DNA of 64,000 nucleotides from Candidatus Latescibacterota bacterium (lineage in GTDB: Bacteria; Latescibacterota; UBA2968; UBA8231): assembly GCA_965197905.1 (NCBI GenBank), contig CBDAOB010000005.1, positions 704,001 to 768,000 of the forward strand. Reading direction: 5' to 3'. The first letter of the stretch is position 1; each line of letters opens with the position of its first letter. The notes under the pieces were generated by a model, which was not told the DNA's origin, made no database searches, and saw nothing but the letters and a program-made list of their open reading frames with translations. The translations under genes were made by a program, and so were the position numbers. Positions 9,107 through 18,286 of the stretch are shown here, one piece after another.

Positions 9107-10726
9107 ATGAAACGTAAAAAACGTGCGGCTAAGCTCAATCTCATCAAACCCGATGACGTCAATCCAGAGTTGTGGCAGATGCTCACCGCCGCACGGGCTG
9201 GTCATCGGGGTAAGGTAGCCCGTCTGCATGCTGCCGATTCTTCGTTGATGCAACAGGAATTCTGGTACACCCGGCCGCTGCACTTCGCCGTGCGTGAAGG
9301 GCACCAGGGGGTGGTCAGGTTTCTCCTTGATAACGACGACGACTCCACTTGGGTCCGCTATGGACACGACGACCTGGCTACGGTAGCCCGGGATCGAGGA
9401 CACGATACCGTCGCCGATCTTCTTATTGCAGACCGGCTGAAACATAACGTCGATCGGGTCCGAAACATACACTTTGCGGCGGCAAACGGTGATCTGAAGA
9501 AGGTCGAGAGGGAACTAGGTGACGACGCAAGTCTGGTGAATGCGGGAGACGGCGAAGGCTGGACACCGCTCCATCATGCGGTCGACAAAGACCAATTCGA
9601 GGTTGCCGGCCTGCTGATCGAGCGCGGCGCCAACATCGATGCCGTGCAAAAGGGCGGTAGCGAGAATTGGTATCGAGCCCGCGGGCTACGTCCGGTGGAC
9701 CTGGCGCTCAAGAAAGAAAGCCATATGATGCTCGGTTTTCTATTGGCCCGGGGTGCCCACTACAGCCTCGATCTGGCGGTGGCTGCCGGAGATGGCAAGG
9801 CGGTCAGGCAGTTGTCGAGATCGAAGGAAAACCGACAAGCCTTCGGCGGACGCGCCCTGGCACTGGCCGTGAATGCGGGCGATCCGAAGCTGGTTAAAAC
9901 GTTGCTGCGATCCGGCGTGGACCCGACTCAACCGGAGCCACATGCTCCTCGCGGTTCGGCCCTGTGGGTCGCGACTCAGGACGGACATCTGGAAATCGCC
10001 GAGATGTTGCTGGAGGCCAGCGCCGATCCCAACGGCTGGATCGAGTCGGGCGGTGCTCCCGTGCACCAGGCGAAGGACGACGCCATGAAGGCGTTGATGT
10101 ATCGCTATGGAGGAAAACCTAAAGACGCGGCTGATTTTGTTCTCGATGACAACCTGGATGCGCTGGCGGTGCTGATCGACCGCGATCCACAAGGGGTATC
10201 AACTGCCGAATGCGGAACGGTATACACCTACGTCTCCCTCGGCAAGGTGCACATGCTGGATCTGTTGCTGGCGCGAGGAATCCCGGTTCCACCGGTCGTC
10301 ACCGCCTGCCGCACCTACCTATGGCGCCGGCCCGAACTGACCCGCCGCCTGCTGGAAGCTGGCATGGATCCCAACCTGCCCAACTGGCAATGGGTTACCC
10401 CGCTGCACAACATCGCCGAGATCAATCCGATGTATAAACACCGGGCTCGCCACAAGAACTCGCGAAAGAGGGAACGAACCAATCGTGCGAACCTGGTAGA
10501 TCTGTTCCTTCAATTCGGAGCCGAGATCGACGCCGTGGACGAGGAGTACCGCTCGACCCCGCTCGGTTGGGCGGCGCGTCAGGGAGAGGAAGACGCGGTC
10601 GAGCTGCTGATGAATCGGGGAGCGAATCCCAATGGTGGCGAAGCGTGGGCACGACCGCTGGCGTGGGCGGAACGGCGGGGTTATGCGAGGATAGCTCGCC
10701 AGCTGCAAAAAGCTGGCGCGAAATGA
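9107..10726 (+). CDS. Ankyrin repeat protein
   Basis: Repeated PLHFA, TPLHHA, TPLHNIA and TPLGWAA with LL..GA...A tails. Confidence 0.92.
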   Translation: MKRKKRAAKLNLIKPDDVNPELWQMLTAARAGHRGKVARLHAADSSLMQQEFWYTRPLHFAVREGHQGVVRFLLDNDDDSTWVRYGHDDLATVARDRGHDTVADLLIADRLKHNVDRVRNIHFAAANGDLKKVERELGDDASLVNAGDGEGWTPLHHAVDKDQFEVAGLLIERGANIDAVQKGGSENWYRARGLRPVDLALKKESHMMLGFLLARGAHYSLDLAVAAGDGKAVRQLSRSKENRQAFGGRALALAVNAGDPKLVKTLLRSGVDPTQPEPHAPRGSALWVATQDGHLEIAEMLLEASADPNGWIESGGAPVHQAKDDAMKALMYRYGGKPKDAADFVLDDNLDALAVLIDRDPQGVSTAECGTVYTYVSLGKVHMLDLLLARGIPVPPVVTACRTYLWRRPELTRRLLEAGMDPNLPNWQWVTPLHNIAEINPMYKHRARHKNSRKRERTNRANLVDLFLQFGAEIDAVDEEYRSTPLGWAARQGEEDAVELLMNRGANPNGGEAWARPLAWAERRGYARIARQLQKAGAK

Positions 10727-10781
10727 GTGGTGAGCATGTGGCTGCCAAAGGATATACGGATCGCTGAGAAAGGAGAGCAAG

Positions 10782-11834
10782 GTGGGGAAGAAAAACAAGA
10801 AGCTGAGAGTGGCGTTTATCGGTGCCGGGGGAATTGCCGGCACGCACATGGGATATCTGGCGGAGATGGAGGACGTGGAGATGATCGCCGCTGCGGATGT
10901 AGTGCAGGCAAGCGCCGAAGGGCGGCGCGAGGAGTACGGGATGGCCGCCGCCTACGTCGACTACAAGAAAATGCTCAAGGAAATGAAACCGGACGCGGTC
11001 AGCGTTTGCACGCCCAATGGTCTGCACGCACCATGTAGCATTGCAGCGCTCAATGCCGGCGCCCACGTAATCGTCGAAAAACCGATGGCTATGAACGCCC
11101 GCGAGGCGCAGAGGATGGTGGAGGCCGCGAAGCGGAACCGGCGCAAGCTCGTCATCGGTTTCCAGTATCGGTTCGATCCGAAGACGCAATACATCAAGAA
11201 TGCACTGGATACCGGACGTATGGGCGCGGTAGTCTATACGCGTATACAGGCGCTGCGTCGCCGCGGGATCCCCAACTGGGGTGTGTTCGGTCGCAAGGAG
11301 CTGCAGGGAGGTGGCCCCCTCATCGACATTGGAGTGCACCTCATGGAAACGGCCCATTACCTGATGGGTTCACCCACGCCGGTCGCGGCCAGCGGCAGCA
11401 CCTACACCTATCTGGGTGATAAACCTACGGACGTGCGTTCGATGTGGCCGGACTGGGACTACAAGACCTACACCGTCGAAGACCTGGCCGTGGGCCAGAT
11501 CCGTTTCGCTAACGGCTCCACCATGCAGATCGAATCGAGCTTCGCCGCCCATATCGAACACAACGTATGGAACGTCACGATCATGGGGGAGAAGGGGGGC
11601 GCCTCGTGGGATCCCCCGGGGCTGTTCACGGACGACTCCGGCTACATGACCAACAGCAGTCCGAACTGGCTCCCCGCGAAGGATCCGTTCCGGCTGAAGA
11701 TGCGCAATTTCGTCGACCACGTTCTCTACGGTAAGAAGAGCATGGCTCCCGGGACCGACGGCCTTATGGTGCAGAAGATGCTGGATGGAATCTACGCGTC
11801 GGCAGAAAAGAAGCGTGAGGTGGCGATTAGATAA
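10782..11834 (+). CDS. Gfo/Idh/MocA oxidoreductase
   Basis: IGAGGIA, VCTPNGLH, EKPMA and GGPLIDIGVH. Confidence 0.93.
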   Translation: MGKKNKKLRVAFIGAGGIAGTHMGYLAEMEDVEMIAAADVVQASAEGRREEYGMAAAYVDYKKMLKEMKPDAVSVCTPNGLHAPCSIAALNAGAHVIVEKPMAMNAREAQRMVEAAKRNRRKLVIGFQYRFDPKTQYIKNALDTGRMGAVVYTRIQALRRRGIPNWGVFGRKELQGGGPLIDIGVHLMETAHYLMGSPTPVAASGSTYTYLGDKPTDVRSMWPDWDYKTYTVEDLAVGQIRFANGSTMQIESSFAAHIEHNVWNVTIMGEKGGASWDPPGLFTDDSGYMTNSSPNWLPAKDPFRLKMRNFVDHVLYGKKSMAPGTDGLMVQKMLDGIYASAEKKREVAIR

Positions 11835-11841
11835 GCTCGAG

Positions 11842-11865
11842 TCGCCTGGCGGCAGTCAGGGGCGA
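11842..11865. terminator. Hairpin with GGCA loop between convergent genes, possible terminator
   Basis: CCTGGC-GGCA-GTCAGG stem-loop extended by TCGC/GCGA; no clear U-tract. Confidence 0.3.
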
Positions 11866-11876
11866 GTTAGCGCGTT

Positions 11877-14405
11877 TTATCTAAAAACCTTGAATACCTT
11901 GGGACCTCCGCCATCGGCGCGAATGCAACCGTTGAGGAGTTCGCTGGGTGAAGCGCAGAACAGCTTGTTAGTGCGACCGACGGTGAAGAGGTACTTCCTG
12001 CCCGTCTGCAACACCTCGGTGCCCTCCGCTTCGGCTTTCTTCTTTGCGGCGGCGTGGACGCGGCTAGGTTTGTATTCCCGCATCTCGAAGAGATCCGAAA
12101 AGCTGCCATCTTCGAAACCGTCAACGGTCATCAAGTTGCCGTTTTCACTCACCCTGACGTAGAATTCGCGCAAGTTCGGGTTTTCGGCCACTTTTTCGAG
12201 ACTGACTACGGCGAGGGTGACGGAAGGCTTCTCCGTATGTCGTCGGTTCTCACCTTCGAACACCAGGCTTCCCACGAGCACCTCGCGCAACATCGTCCTG
12301 ATTTTCGCCATTACCTCGTCCGGTTGGTGAACCGGCGACAGCATGTCCCACGCCTGGCTCGCCAGATAGGTGTAGGCGGCGTCGAAGACATCCCCGAAAC
12401 CGCTGGCGGACAGCGTCTCCGCCGGAATTTGATCGGGGGGTTCGGTCGGGGGCTCCATATCCTCGAAATTCAAGGGCGTGCCGGCAAACGCTTCTTTCAG
12501 TCCGGCAAGGGTTTTCGTGTGCCCTTCGGCATGCAGGTCCACTATGTATTCCCGGCACAAACGCATCAGCTCCTCCACGAACCTCTCGGCCAGAAAGTGC
12601 GCGAACAGCTTTCGGGTGTCTGTATCTGCTTTCTGCCGGCCAAGCCCCAGGAGATCCCCGTCGTTTATCTGGTCGGTGATGGAACGCAATGCCTCCTCGT
12701 AATATTTGGTAACCGCTTCCGGTGAATAGTCGTCGGGGTGTTCTTCCGAAAAGTTGTGGTTGGTTTTCAGGGCTTCGAGACGAACCAGGGTTACAGCGGC
12801 GTGATCCAGAATCTTTTTCAGAGCGCCAAGTGCCCGGTCTCCTGCGTCGAATGTCTTGTTGCTGTTGGCGACACCGTTTATGAATGAAGTCACATCGATG
12901 GTGAAGTTGCGGCCCTTCGAAACGCGCTGGTCCTGTCCGTGGAGCAATTGACCGACGGTATGATACTGGGCAATCTTCTTGATAGCGCTGTAGGCATTGT
13001 TGCTTCCGGTAGTGGAGGTAGTAATGGTCCTTGCCATCGTGCGCAGATTCTTGAAGTCCTTGCCGGGTTCGAGATACACACTCCATATCTCCTGCTCGGC
13101 TGATTCGATAGATGACAGCAACCTGGCGATTTCCTGTACCCGATCGCTGAGCTCCGGCAGGCTCGTTTCTCCCGACTCCACCATGTCGGAAGCCGAAACG
13201 TCGACCCCAGAGTCGACGTTGCCGGTCTCGATAAGACCGCTGTCGGCGCCGGTTTTCCTTTCGCCCCCTTGCTCGCTCTTGATAATCGCCGAAGTTCGGT
13301 CCACCGGGCTCGTCCCGTCCGTCGAACCCGCGGCCGCGGGAGGGGCCACCATTCCACTGCCGCCGCCTGACCCTCCGGGTCCAGTCACGGCAGGGCTGCC
13401 TCCTGTACCGCGGGGAGTGGCCGTCTGCTTTCGGGGTTTGCCGGCGTTTCGAGCTACCTCCAACCGCTTCGCGACCGCCTGGGCTTCTTCCATGGAGGGG
13501 ATGTGGGCTCGCAACGGTTTGAAGAGAGACACAGCCTTCAAGCGGTGTTTGAGCAGAGCTGCAGTCGCTTCCGACGAGATTTCCTTCGCGTCAACCTCGT
13601 ATTCAGCCCGGTAGATCTGCTGTAAAGCGTAGTTGAATTTCGTCAGGAATTCATCAAACCGATTTTCCTCGTCGTCCTCATCGTCATCTTCTTCCTCCTC
13701 CTGCTCCTCCTCGTCCACGTCCACCTCCAAGGCATCTTCCTCGCTAGCTTCTTCAGCGGCCGCTACATCTTCAGTCTTCTCGCAATCATCATCCGGACTG
13801 TCATCGACGTCCACCGTGGTGGCATCCGAACCATTCAGACAATCCCTGACCGCATCGGCGTAAGGTTGATCGCCCAGTGATTTCAACCCCAGGCCGACGG
13901 TCTGCTCGATGTTTCCACGCTTGTCGATGACTGGCTTGAGCACTCCTCTCAAGGTGATGTTGCCGTCGGGCAACACTTTGGCGACGAGAAGCGCGGAACA
14001 CAGGGACCTGAGAAAGCGTTCGACGAATGCATGTGTGTGTTCTTCGGGCAACGCCTCGGCCACGAGGCTTTTGTAGAATCTCAAGAGCAAACTCTTGATC
14101 TTGCTCTCGGGAACCTGTTCATCCTTGAGAGAAAGGAGAAAAGTGTAGGTGTGCAGAATCGCTGGGACCTCTTCCTTGAAGTCGAAGAGATTCAGCTGGA
14201 GCCTGGCGGCCCGCATCTGCAGGATGTAGGCGACTTCCGGCAGCTTTTGGGTAGCGATGAAGATTGGTTGGCAGATTTCCTCCCACACCTCAACTGCATC
14301 TTTCGGATCCACCTCCAGGACGGTACACCACTGCCTCCAGGTTCGGGCGGGAATGCGACTCTGACTCTGAAGCCTTGAGAGACCGTCGGATTCTGTTTTT
14401 GACAT
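11877..14405 (-). CDS. Large hypothetical protein with acidic tract and Gly/Ser/Pro-rich linker
   Basis: 842 aa uninterrupted ORF with EEEQEEEEDDDEDDEE and GTGGSPAVTGPGGSGGGSG; no family recognised. Confidence 0.8.
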   Translation of the reverse strand: MSKTESDGLSRLQSQSRIPARTWRQWCTVLEVDPKDAVEVWEEICQPIFIATQKLPEVAYILQMRAARLQLNLFDFKEEVPAILHTYTFLLSLKDEQVPESKIKSLLLRFYKSLVAEALPEEHTHAFVERFLRSLCSALLVAKVLPDGNITLRGVLKPVIDKRGNIEQTVGLGLKSLGDQPYADAVRDCLNGSDATTVDVDDSPDDDCEKTEDVAAAEEASEEDALEVDVDEEEQEEEEDDDEDDEENRFDEFLTKFNYALQQIYRAEYEVDAKEISSEATAALLKHRLKAVSLFKPLRAHIPSMEEAQAVAKRLEVARNAGKPRKQTATPRGTGGSPAVTGPGGSGGGSGMVAPPAAAGSTDGTSPVDRTSAIIKSEQGGERKTGADSGLIETGNVDSGVDVSASDMVESGETSLPELSDRVQEIARLLSSIESAEQEIWSVYLEPGKDFKNLRTMARTITTSTTGSNNAYSAIKKIAQYHTVGQLLHGQDQRVSKGRNFTIDVTSFINGVANSNKTFDAGDRALGALKKILDHAAVTLVRLEALKTNHNFSEEHPDDYSPEAVTKYYEEALRSITDQINDGDLLGLGRQKADTDTRKLFAHFLAERFVEELMRLCREYIVDLHAEGHTKTLAGLKEAFAGTPLNFEDMEPPTEPPDQIPAETLSASGFGDVFDAAYTYLASQAWDMLSPVHQPDEVMAKIRTMLREVLVGSLVFEGENRRHTEKPSVTLAVVSLEKVAENPNLREFYVRVSENGNLMTVDGFEDGSFSDLFEMREYKPSRVHAAAKKKAEAEGTEVLQTGRKYLFTVGRTNKLFCASPSELLNGCIRADGGGPKVFKVFR

Positions 14406-14447
14406 CAGACCTGGCGCTCGGAAGGGTGCAGGTACCTCTGATCTCGC

Positions 14448-14829
14448 TTAGTTCAAATCCAAGATTGCGCGTACAACTTTGGACATCTTTGGACATCTTT
14501 GGGATCTGAACAGGCTTCGAGATAATTTCCTCTACCCCGACCAGCCGTTCCTCGTCCGGCATGTATCCAGTGACGACAATCATCTTGACATCTGGATCAA
14601 TGAGTTGCAGCTCAGCCTGCATATCATAGCCTGTCATTTCGGGCATGTTGAGATCGAGAATGACCAAATCAATCCGACTCTGATTGCCTTTGAACACTTC
14701 GAGACCCTCCCGCCCATCACGTGCCTCCAATACATCCAGTCCTTCACCTTCCAGGACGGTCCTCAGTAGTTCGCGCACCAACGCTTCGTCATCTACGATG
14801 AGGACCGCTTGTGATTCCATGTTGCTCAT
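14448..14829 (-). pseudogene. CheY-like single-domain response regulator, frameshifted by a 10-bp duplication
   Basis: VLIVDDE, LVILDLNMP, VVTGY and ISKP. Removing one repeat copy restores KMSKVVRAILDLN* (123 aa). Confidence 0.85.
14481..14500. repeat. Exact tandem repeat GGACATCTTT x2
   Basis: Directly visible in the sequence. Confidence 0.95.
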
Positions 14830-15017
14830 AGGTGTATCTCGTCGTTTCGGAGAACTTTCGCGCTGAGCATGCGGGCAACCAACCTTTGCGCGTAGATGCC
14901 ACTTTGCCCTACCACTTTGAGAATTAATTCTCAACTAGTATAACTACGTACCGAACGTCACGGACGGCCTAGGCGCTCACAGTTTACTGGGGGACTATGT
15001 GAACGTGATGCGACCAC

Positions 15018-15047
15018 GCCAATTTTGGAATTGATTCCAAAATTGGC
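15018..15047. promoter_or_regulatory. Perfect inverted repeat, candidate operator
   Basis: GCCAATTTTGGAAT-TG-ATTCCAAAATTGGC in an AT-rich divergent intergenic region. Confidence 0.55.
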
Positions 15048-15291
15048 ATGCTGTGGCGCCGGCAAATAATGATGTAAAGTATTTGTTTATCATCACTTAG
15101 GTCATTTTAAAGTGGTTGAACAGGCCTTCGCCGTGACCGGATCTCGCCTTATTTGTTAACAGGTTGGCACGAATGGCGGCGCCAATTTCCCAGTAACCCC
15201 GAGCCAGGCACTTCCTAGGTGTCCGTCCTGAGAATCTAGGTATATTGCCTCCTGCCAACACAATCTAGCCTTCGAGTGAAAGGACGTTACC

Positions 15292-16794
15292 ATGAAACAC
15301 CTGTTCATCGACGACCACGAGCTGGAAGCGATCGACAACTTGGCGCACAAGCTGCACCAGCCGCAGAAATTTCGTGGCAACGCGGTGCTGCGTCCCGAAC
15401 ACCGTTGGGAGAATTGTTCTATCCAGATTCGCACGACGCCGGCGTGGGATGAGGAAGAGAAGCTGTTCAAGGTGGTGTACATGGCATCGGCGGAAGGCGA
15501 CGAGCCGAACGTCACCTTAGATCCGACCGGGGCACCCAAGGGTGGGGAGAGTTTCTTCTGCCTGGCTACCTCGGAGGACGGGGTCAACTGGGAGAAACCG
15601 ACGCTGAGTCTTTATGATTATCAGGGCTTACACTGGACTGGGCGGCCGCTGGGCAAGGAGAACAACATTCTGAGCACGGAAGGCAAGCTGCTTCTGGCGC
15701 CGATCTATGACCCGCTGGATGCGGATCCGGGGCGGCGCTACAAAGGCATGGGTTGGTGGCCGGGAATCAACGGTTTGACGCCGGCGGTGTCGCCCGACTG
15801 CATCGAATGGACCCCGCTCATGAATACGAACGTCCCGAGCTCGGACGAAGCCCACCTCACGCACCTACGGGATGAGAAGCTGTTCGTCGCCATGGTAAAA
15901 CACCGGGATCCCCAGGGGCGGTCGCCGTACGGGCGCAGCTTCTGCTTGAGCACGAGCCCGGATCTGGAGGAATGGACGGAGCTGGAGCTGGCGTTCCACG
16001 CCGACCATCAAGATCAGGAGAACGGGAATGAGCGGATCGCCCGTTTCATTGAGGATCCGGAATACTTGAGCCCGGTCTACAACCGGCCCGAAGAGTACCG
16101 CACCGACGTCTACAACTTTCCGGCATTCAAATACGAAGGCATCTATCTGGCTTTTCCGGTGATGCACCATTGGATCGCCAAACATCCGCCGATGTACGAG
16201 AACGTGGACAGCCGCAAATCAATTGAGCTCGCCAGCAGTCGCGATCTGCGCAACTGGGAGCGGGTGGCGAACCGGGCGCCGTTTCTGGAGCTCTCTAAGG
16301 TTGGGGACGGCAGCGCCTACGACCTCAGTCAGAATGTGATGACGAACGGCCCGATCGTGCGCAACAACGAGCTGTGGTTTTACTACCTCGGATGCAAACA
16401 CCGCAGCCTCTCCATCGCCGACACCCTGAACCGAGGTTATCTCGACAGCACCGCCGCTTGCATGGCCCGTTTACGCATGGATGGTTTCGTCTCGTTGAAG
16501 GGTGGGGTCGAATGGGGTTCGGTGACCACGAAACCCACCGAGATCAGCGGAGATCAGTTGCACATGAACGTCGACTCGTGGCGCGGCAGGGTGAAAGCAG
16601 AGGTTCTGGACGCGTCCGACGGCTCAACCATTGCGGGGTTCGGCGCCGATGACTGCGTTCCGGCGATCGAGGACAATATCGATCACGTCGTCAGCTGGAA
16701 AGACAAAGCGGATCTTTCGAACCTTCGCGGCCAAACGGTGAAGCTGCGCTTCTCGCTATGGAACGGCGAGATCTATTCCTACTGGATCGAATGA
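15292..16794 (+). CDS. GH32/GH43-like beta-propeller + beta-sandwich protein (paralog 1)
   Basis: LFIDD, SEDGVNWEKP, DVYN, SSRDLRNWERV, ELWFYY, RLRMDGFVSL and IYSYW. Confidence 0.7.
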   Translation: MKHLFIDDHELEAIDNLAHKLHQPQKFRGNAVLRPEHRWENCSIQIRTTPAWDEEEKLFKVVYMASAEGDEPNVTLDPTGAPKGGESFFCLATSEDGVNWEKPTLSLYDYQGLHWTGRPLGKENNILSTEGKLLLAPIYDPLDADPGRRYKGMGWWPGINGLTPAVSPDCIEWTPLMNTNVPSSDEAHLTHLRDEKLFVAMVKHRDPQGRSPYGRSFCLSTSPDLEEWTELELAFHADHQDQENGNERIARFIEDPEYLSPVYNRPEEYRTDVYNFPAFKYEGIYLAFPVMHHWIAKHPPMYENVDSRKSIELASSRDLRNWERVANRAPFLELSKVGDGSAYDLSQNVMTNGPIVRNNELWFYYLGCKHRSLSIADTLNRGYLDSTAACMARLRMDGFVSLKGGVEWGSVTTKPTEISGDQLHMNVDSWRGRVKAEVLDASDGSTIAGFGADDCVPAIEDNIDHVVSWKDKADLSNLRGQTVKLRFSLWNGEIYSYWIE

Positions 16795-16867
16795 GGGGAG
16801 ACGATGATCGAGGCCCTCTGGTCTGAGGTCGACACCTACTTGGCTGCCGCATCACAAAGGACTGAGT

Positions 16868-18211
16868 ATGCCTGAAGCAAAGCCAGCATTGCTCCATCGC
16901 GATCCGACCCACGATTATCCCGTTATCGTCCGGGGTGAGGGCATCTATCTTTTTGACGACGCGGGAAAACGCTACATCGACGGCGGTGCGGGAGCGGCGA
17001 ACGTCATCTTGGGCCACGGCAGCCGGCGCATCGCCACAGCGATGGCACAGCAGGCTGAGAAACTTGCTTACGTCTTTTCGGCGGAATTCGCGAATCTACC
17101 AGCGCTTGAGCTGGCCGACCGTCTTGCATCGATCGCACCGGGCGACTTGAACCATGTGTACTTTGTCTCGGGCGGCTCGGAAGGGAACGAAAGTGCCCTC
17201 AAGATGGTCCGTCAATATCATCAGCAGCGCGGAAATTCCGATAAGCGGCAGGTCATCGCCCGCTGGCGCAGCTATCATGGCGCGACGCTCGGTGCGTTGT
17301 CGCTCACGGGCATGCCCTGGCTTCGGCGGGACTTTGATTCGTGGCTGCTGCCCTTCCCCCATATAGCCACCTGCTATCCCTATCGATGCGCCTTCGAGGG
17401 CTGCGAAGGCAAATGCAATCTGGCATGCGCCGATGACCTGGAGAAGACGATCCTCGAAACTGGTCCAGAAAACGTCGCGGCATTCATTGCGGAACCAGTA
17501 GGCATGGCTGGGATAGCAGCCTCCGCACCGCCACCCGACTACTACTCGCGCATCCGTTCAATATGTGACCAGTACGACGTCCTGTTTATCGTTGATGAGG
17601 TCATCAGCGGATTTGGAAGAACCGGCAAGTTTTTCGCTATCGAGCACTGGGACGTCCTACCGGACATGATTGTCTTCGGGAAAGGAGCCAGTAGTGGTTA
17701 CTGTCCACTCGGTGGTGTGATTCTCAGAGATAAGATACGCGAGGCGCTGGCGGAAACCGGCAAAGCCTTTCCTCACATATTCACTTACGTAAACAATCCG
17801 GTTGCCGCTCGTGCCGGACTCGAGGTGCTGGATATTATCGAAGAAGAAAACATGATCGCACACGTTGAAGAAATCGGCGAATACCTGTCTGAACGCGCCG
17901 GAGAGCTGAAGAAGCATCCGATTGTTGGGGAAATGAGAGGTAAGGGACTGCTGTTTGGTGTAGAATTGGTCAAAGACCGGGCAACAAAGGAGCCCTTCCC
18001 CGCATCAGCGGCAGTGCACAAGCGTCTTCACCGCATACTTATGGAAAGAGGTCTCTCTTGTGCTACCGTTGGCTCTTCAACGGAATGGAAAAGCGGTGAT
18101 GACTTCCGCCTTTCGCCGCCATTCATCATCACCCGAGAGCAAGTCGATGACGTCGTCCATATCCTGGATGAGGGAATCACGGAACTGCGGCAGGCACTAG
18201 GCGAGCTGTAG
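16868..18211 (+). CDS. Class III PLP-dependent aminotransferase
   Basis: SGGSEGNE, SYHGAT, AFIAEP, DEVISGFGRTG and PLP lysine in FGKGASSGY. Confidence 0.93.
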   Translation: MPEAKPALLHRDPTHDYPVIVRGEGIYLFDDAGKRYIDGGAGAANVILGHGSRRIATAMAQQAEKLAYVFSAEFANLPALELADRLASIAPGDLNHVYFVSGGSEGNESALKMVRQYHQQRGNSDKRQVIARWRSYHGATLGALSLTGMPWLRRDFDSWLLPFPHIATCYPYRCAFEGCEGKCNLACADDLEKTILETGPENVAAFIAEPVGMAGIAASAPPPDYYSRIRSICDQYDVLFIVDEVISGFGRTGKFFAIEHWDVLPDMIVFGKGASSGYCPLGGVILRDKIREALAETGKAFPHIFTYVNNPVAARAGLEVLDIIEEENMIAHVEEIGEYLSERAGELKKHPIVGEMRGKGLLFGVELVKDRATKEPFPASAAVHKRLHRILMERGLSCATVGSSTEWKSGDDFRLSPPFIITREQVDDVVHILDEGITELRQALGEL

Positions 18212-18286
18212 AGCTACGTAGCTTCGTGACAATACCAGCATTCTCTCTCAGATAATCGGATTGGGATCCGGCGCCGTACAATTAAC

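Noticed and set aside
13633..13863. Poly-Ser ORF or microsatellite
   Set aside because: It is the reverse complement of the Glu/Asp tract of the 842 aa gene
14290..14934. 214 aa regulator with N- and C-terminal extensions as in the ORF track
   Set aside because: The extensions are explained by an upstream alternative start and the 10-bp duplication
15164..15180. Sigma-54 promoter TTGGCACG
   Set aside because: The -24 element is good, but there is no TTGC at the required -12 spacing
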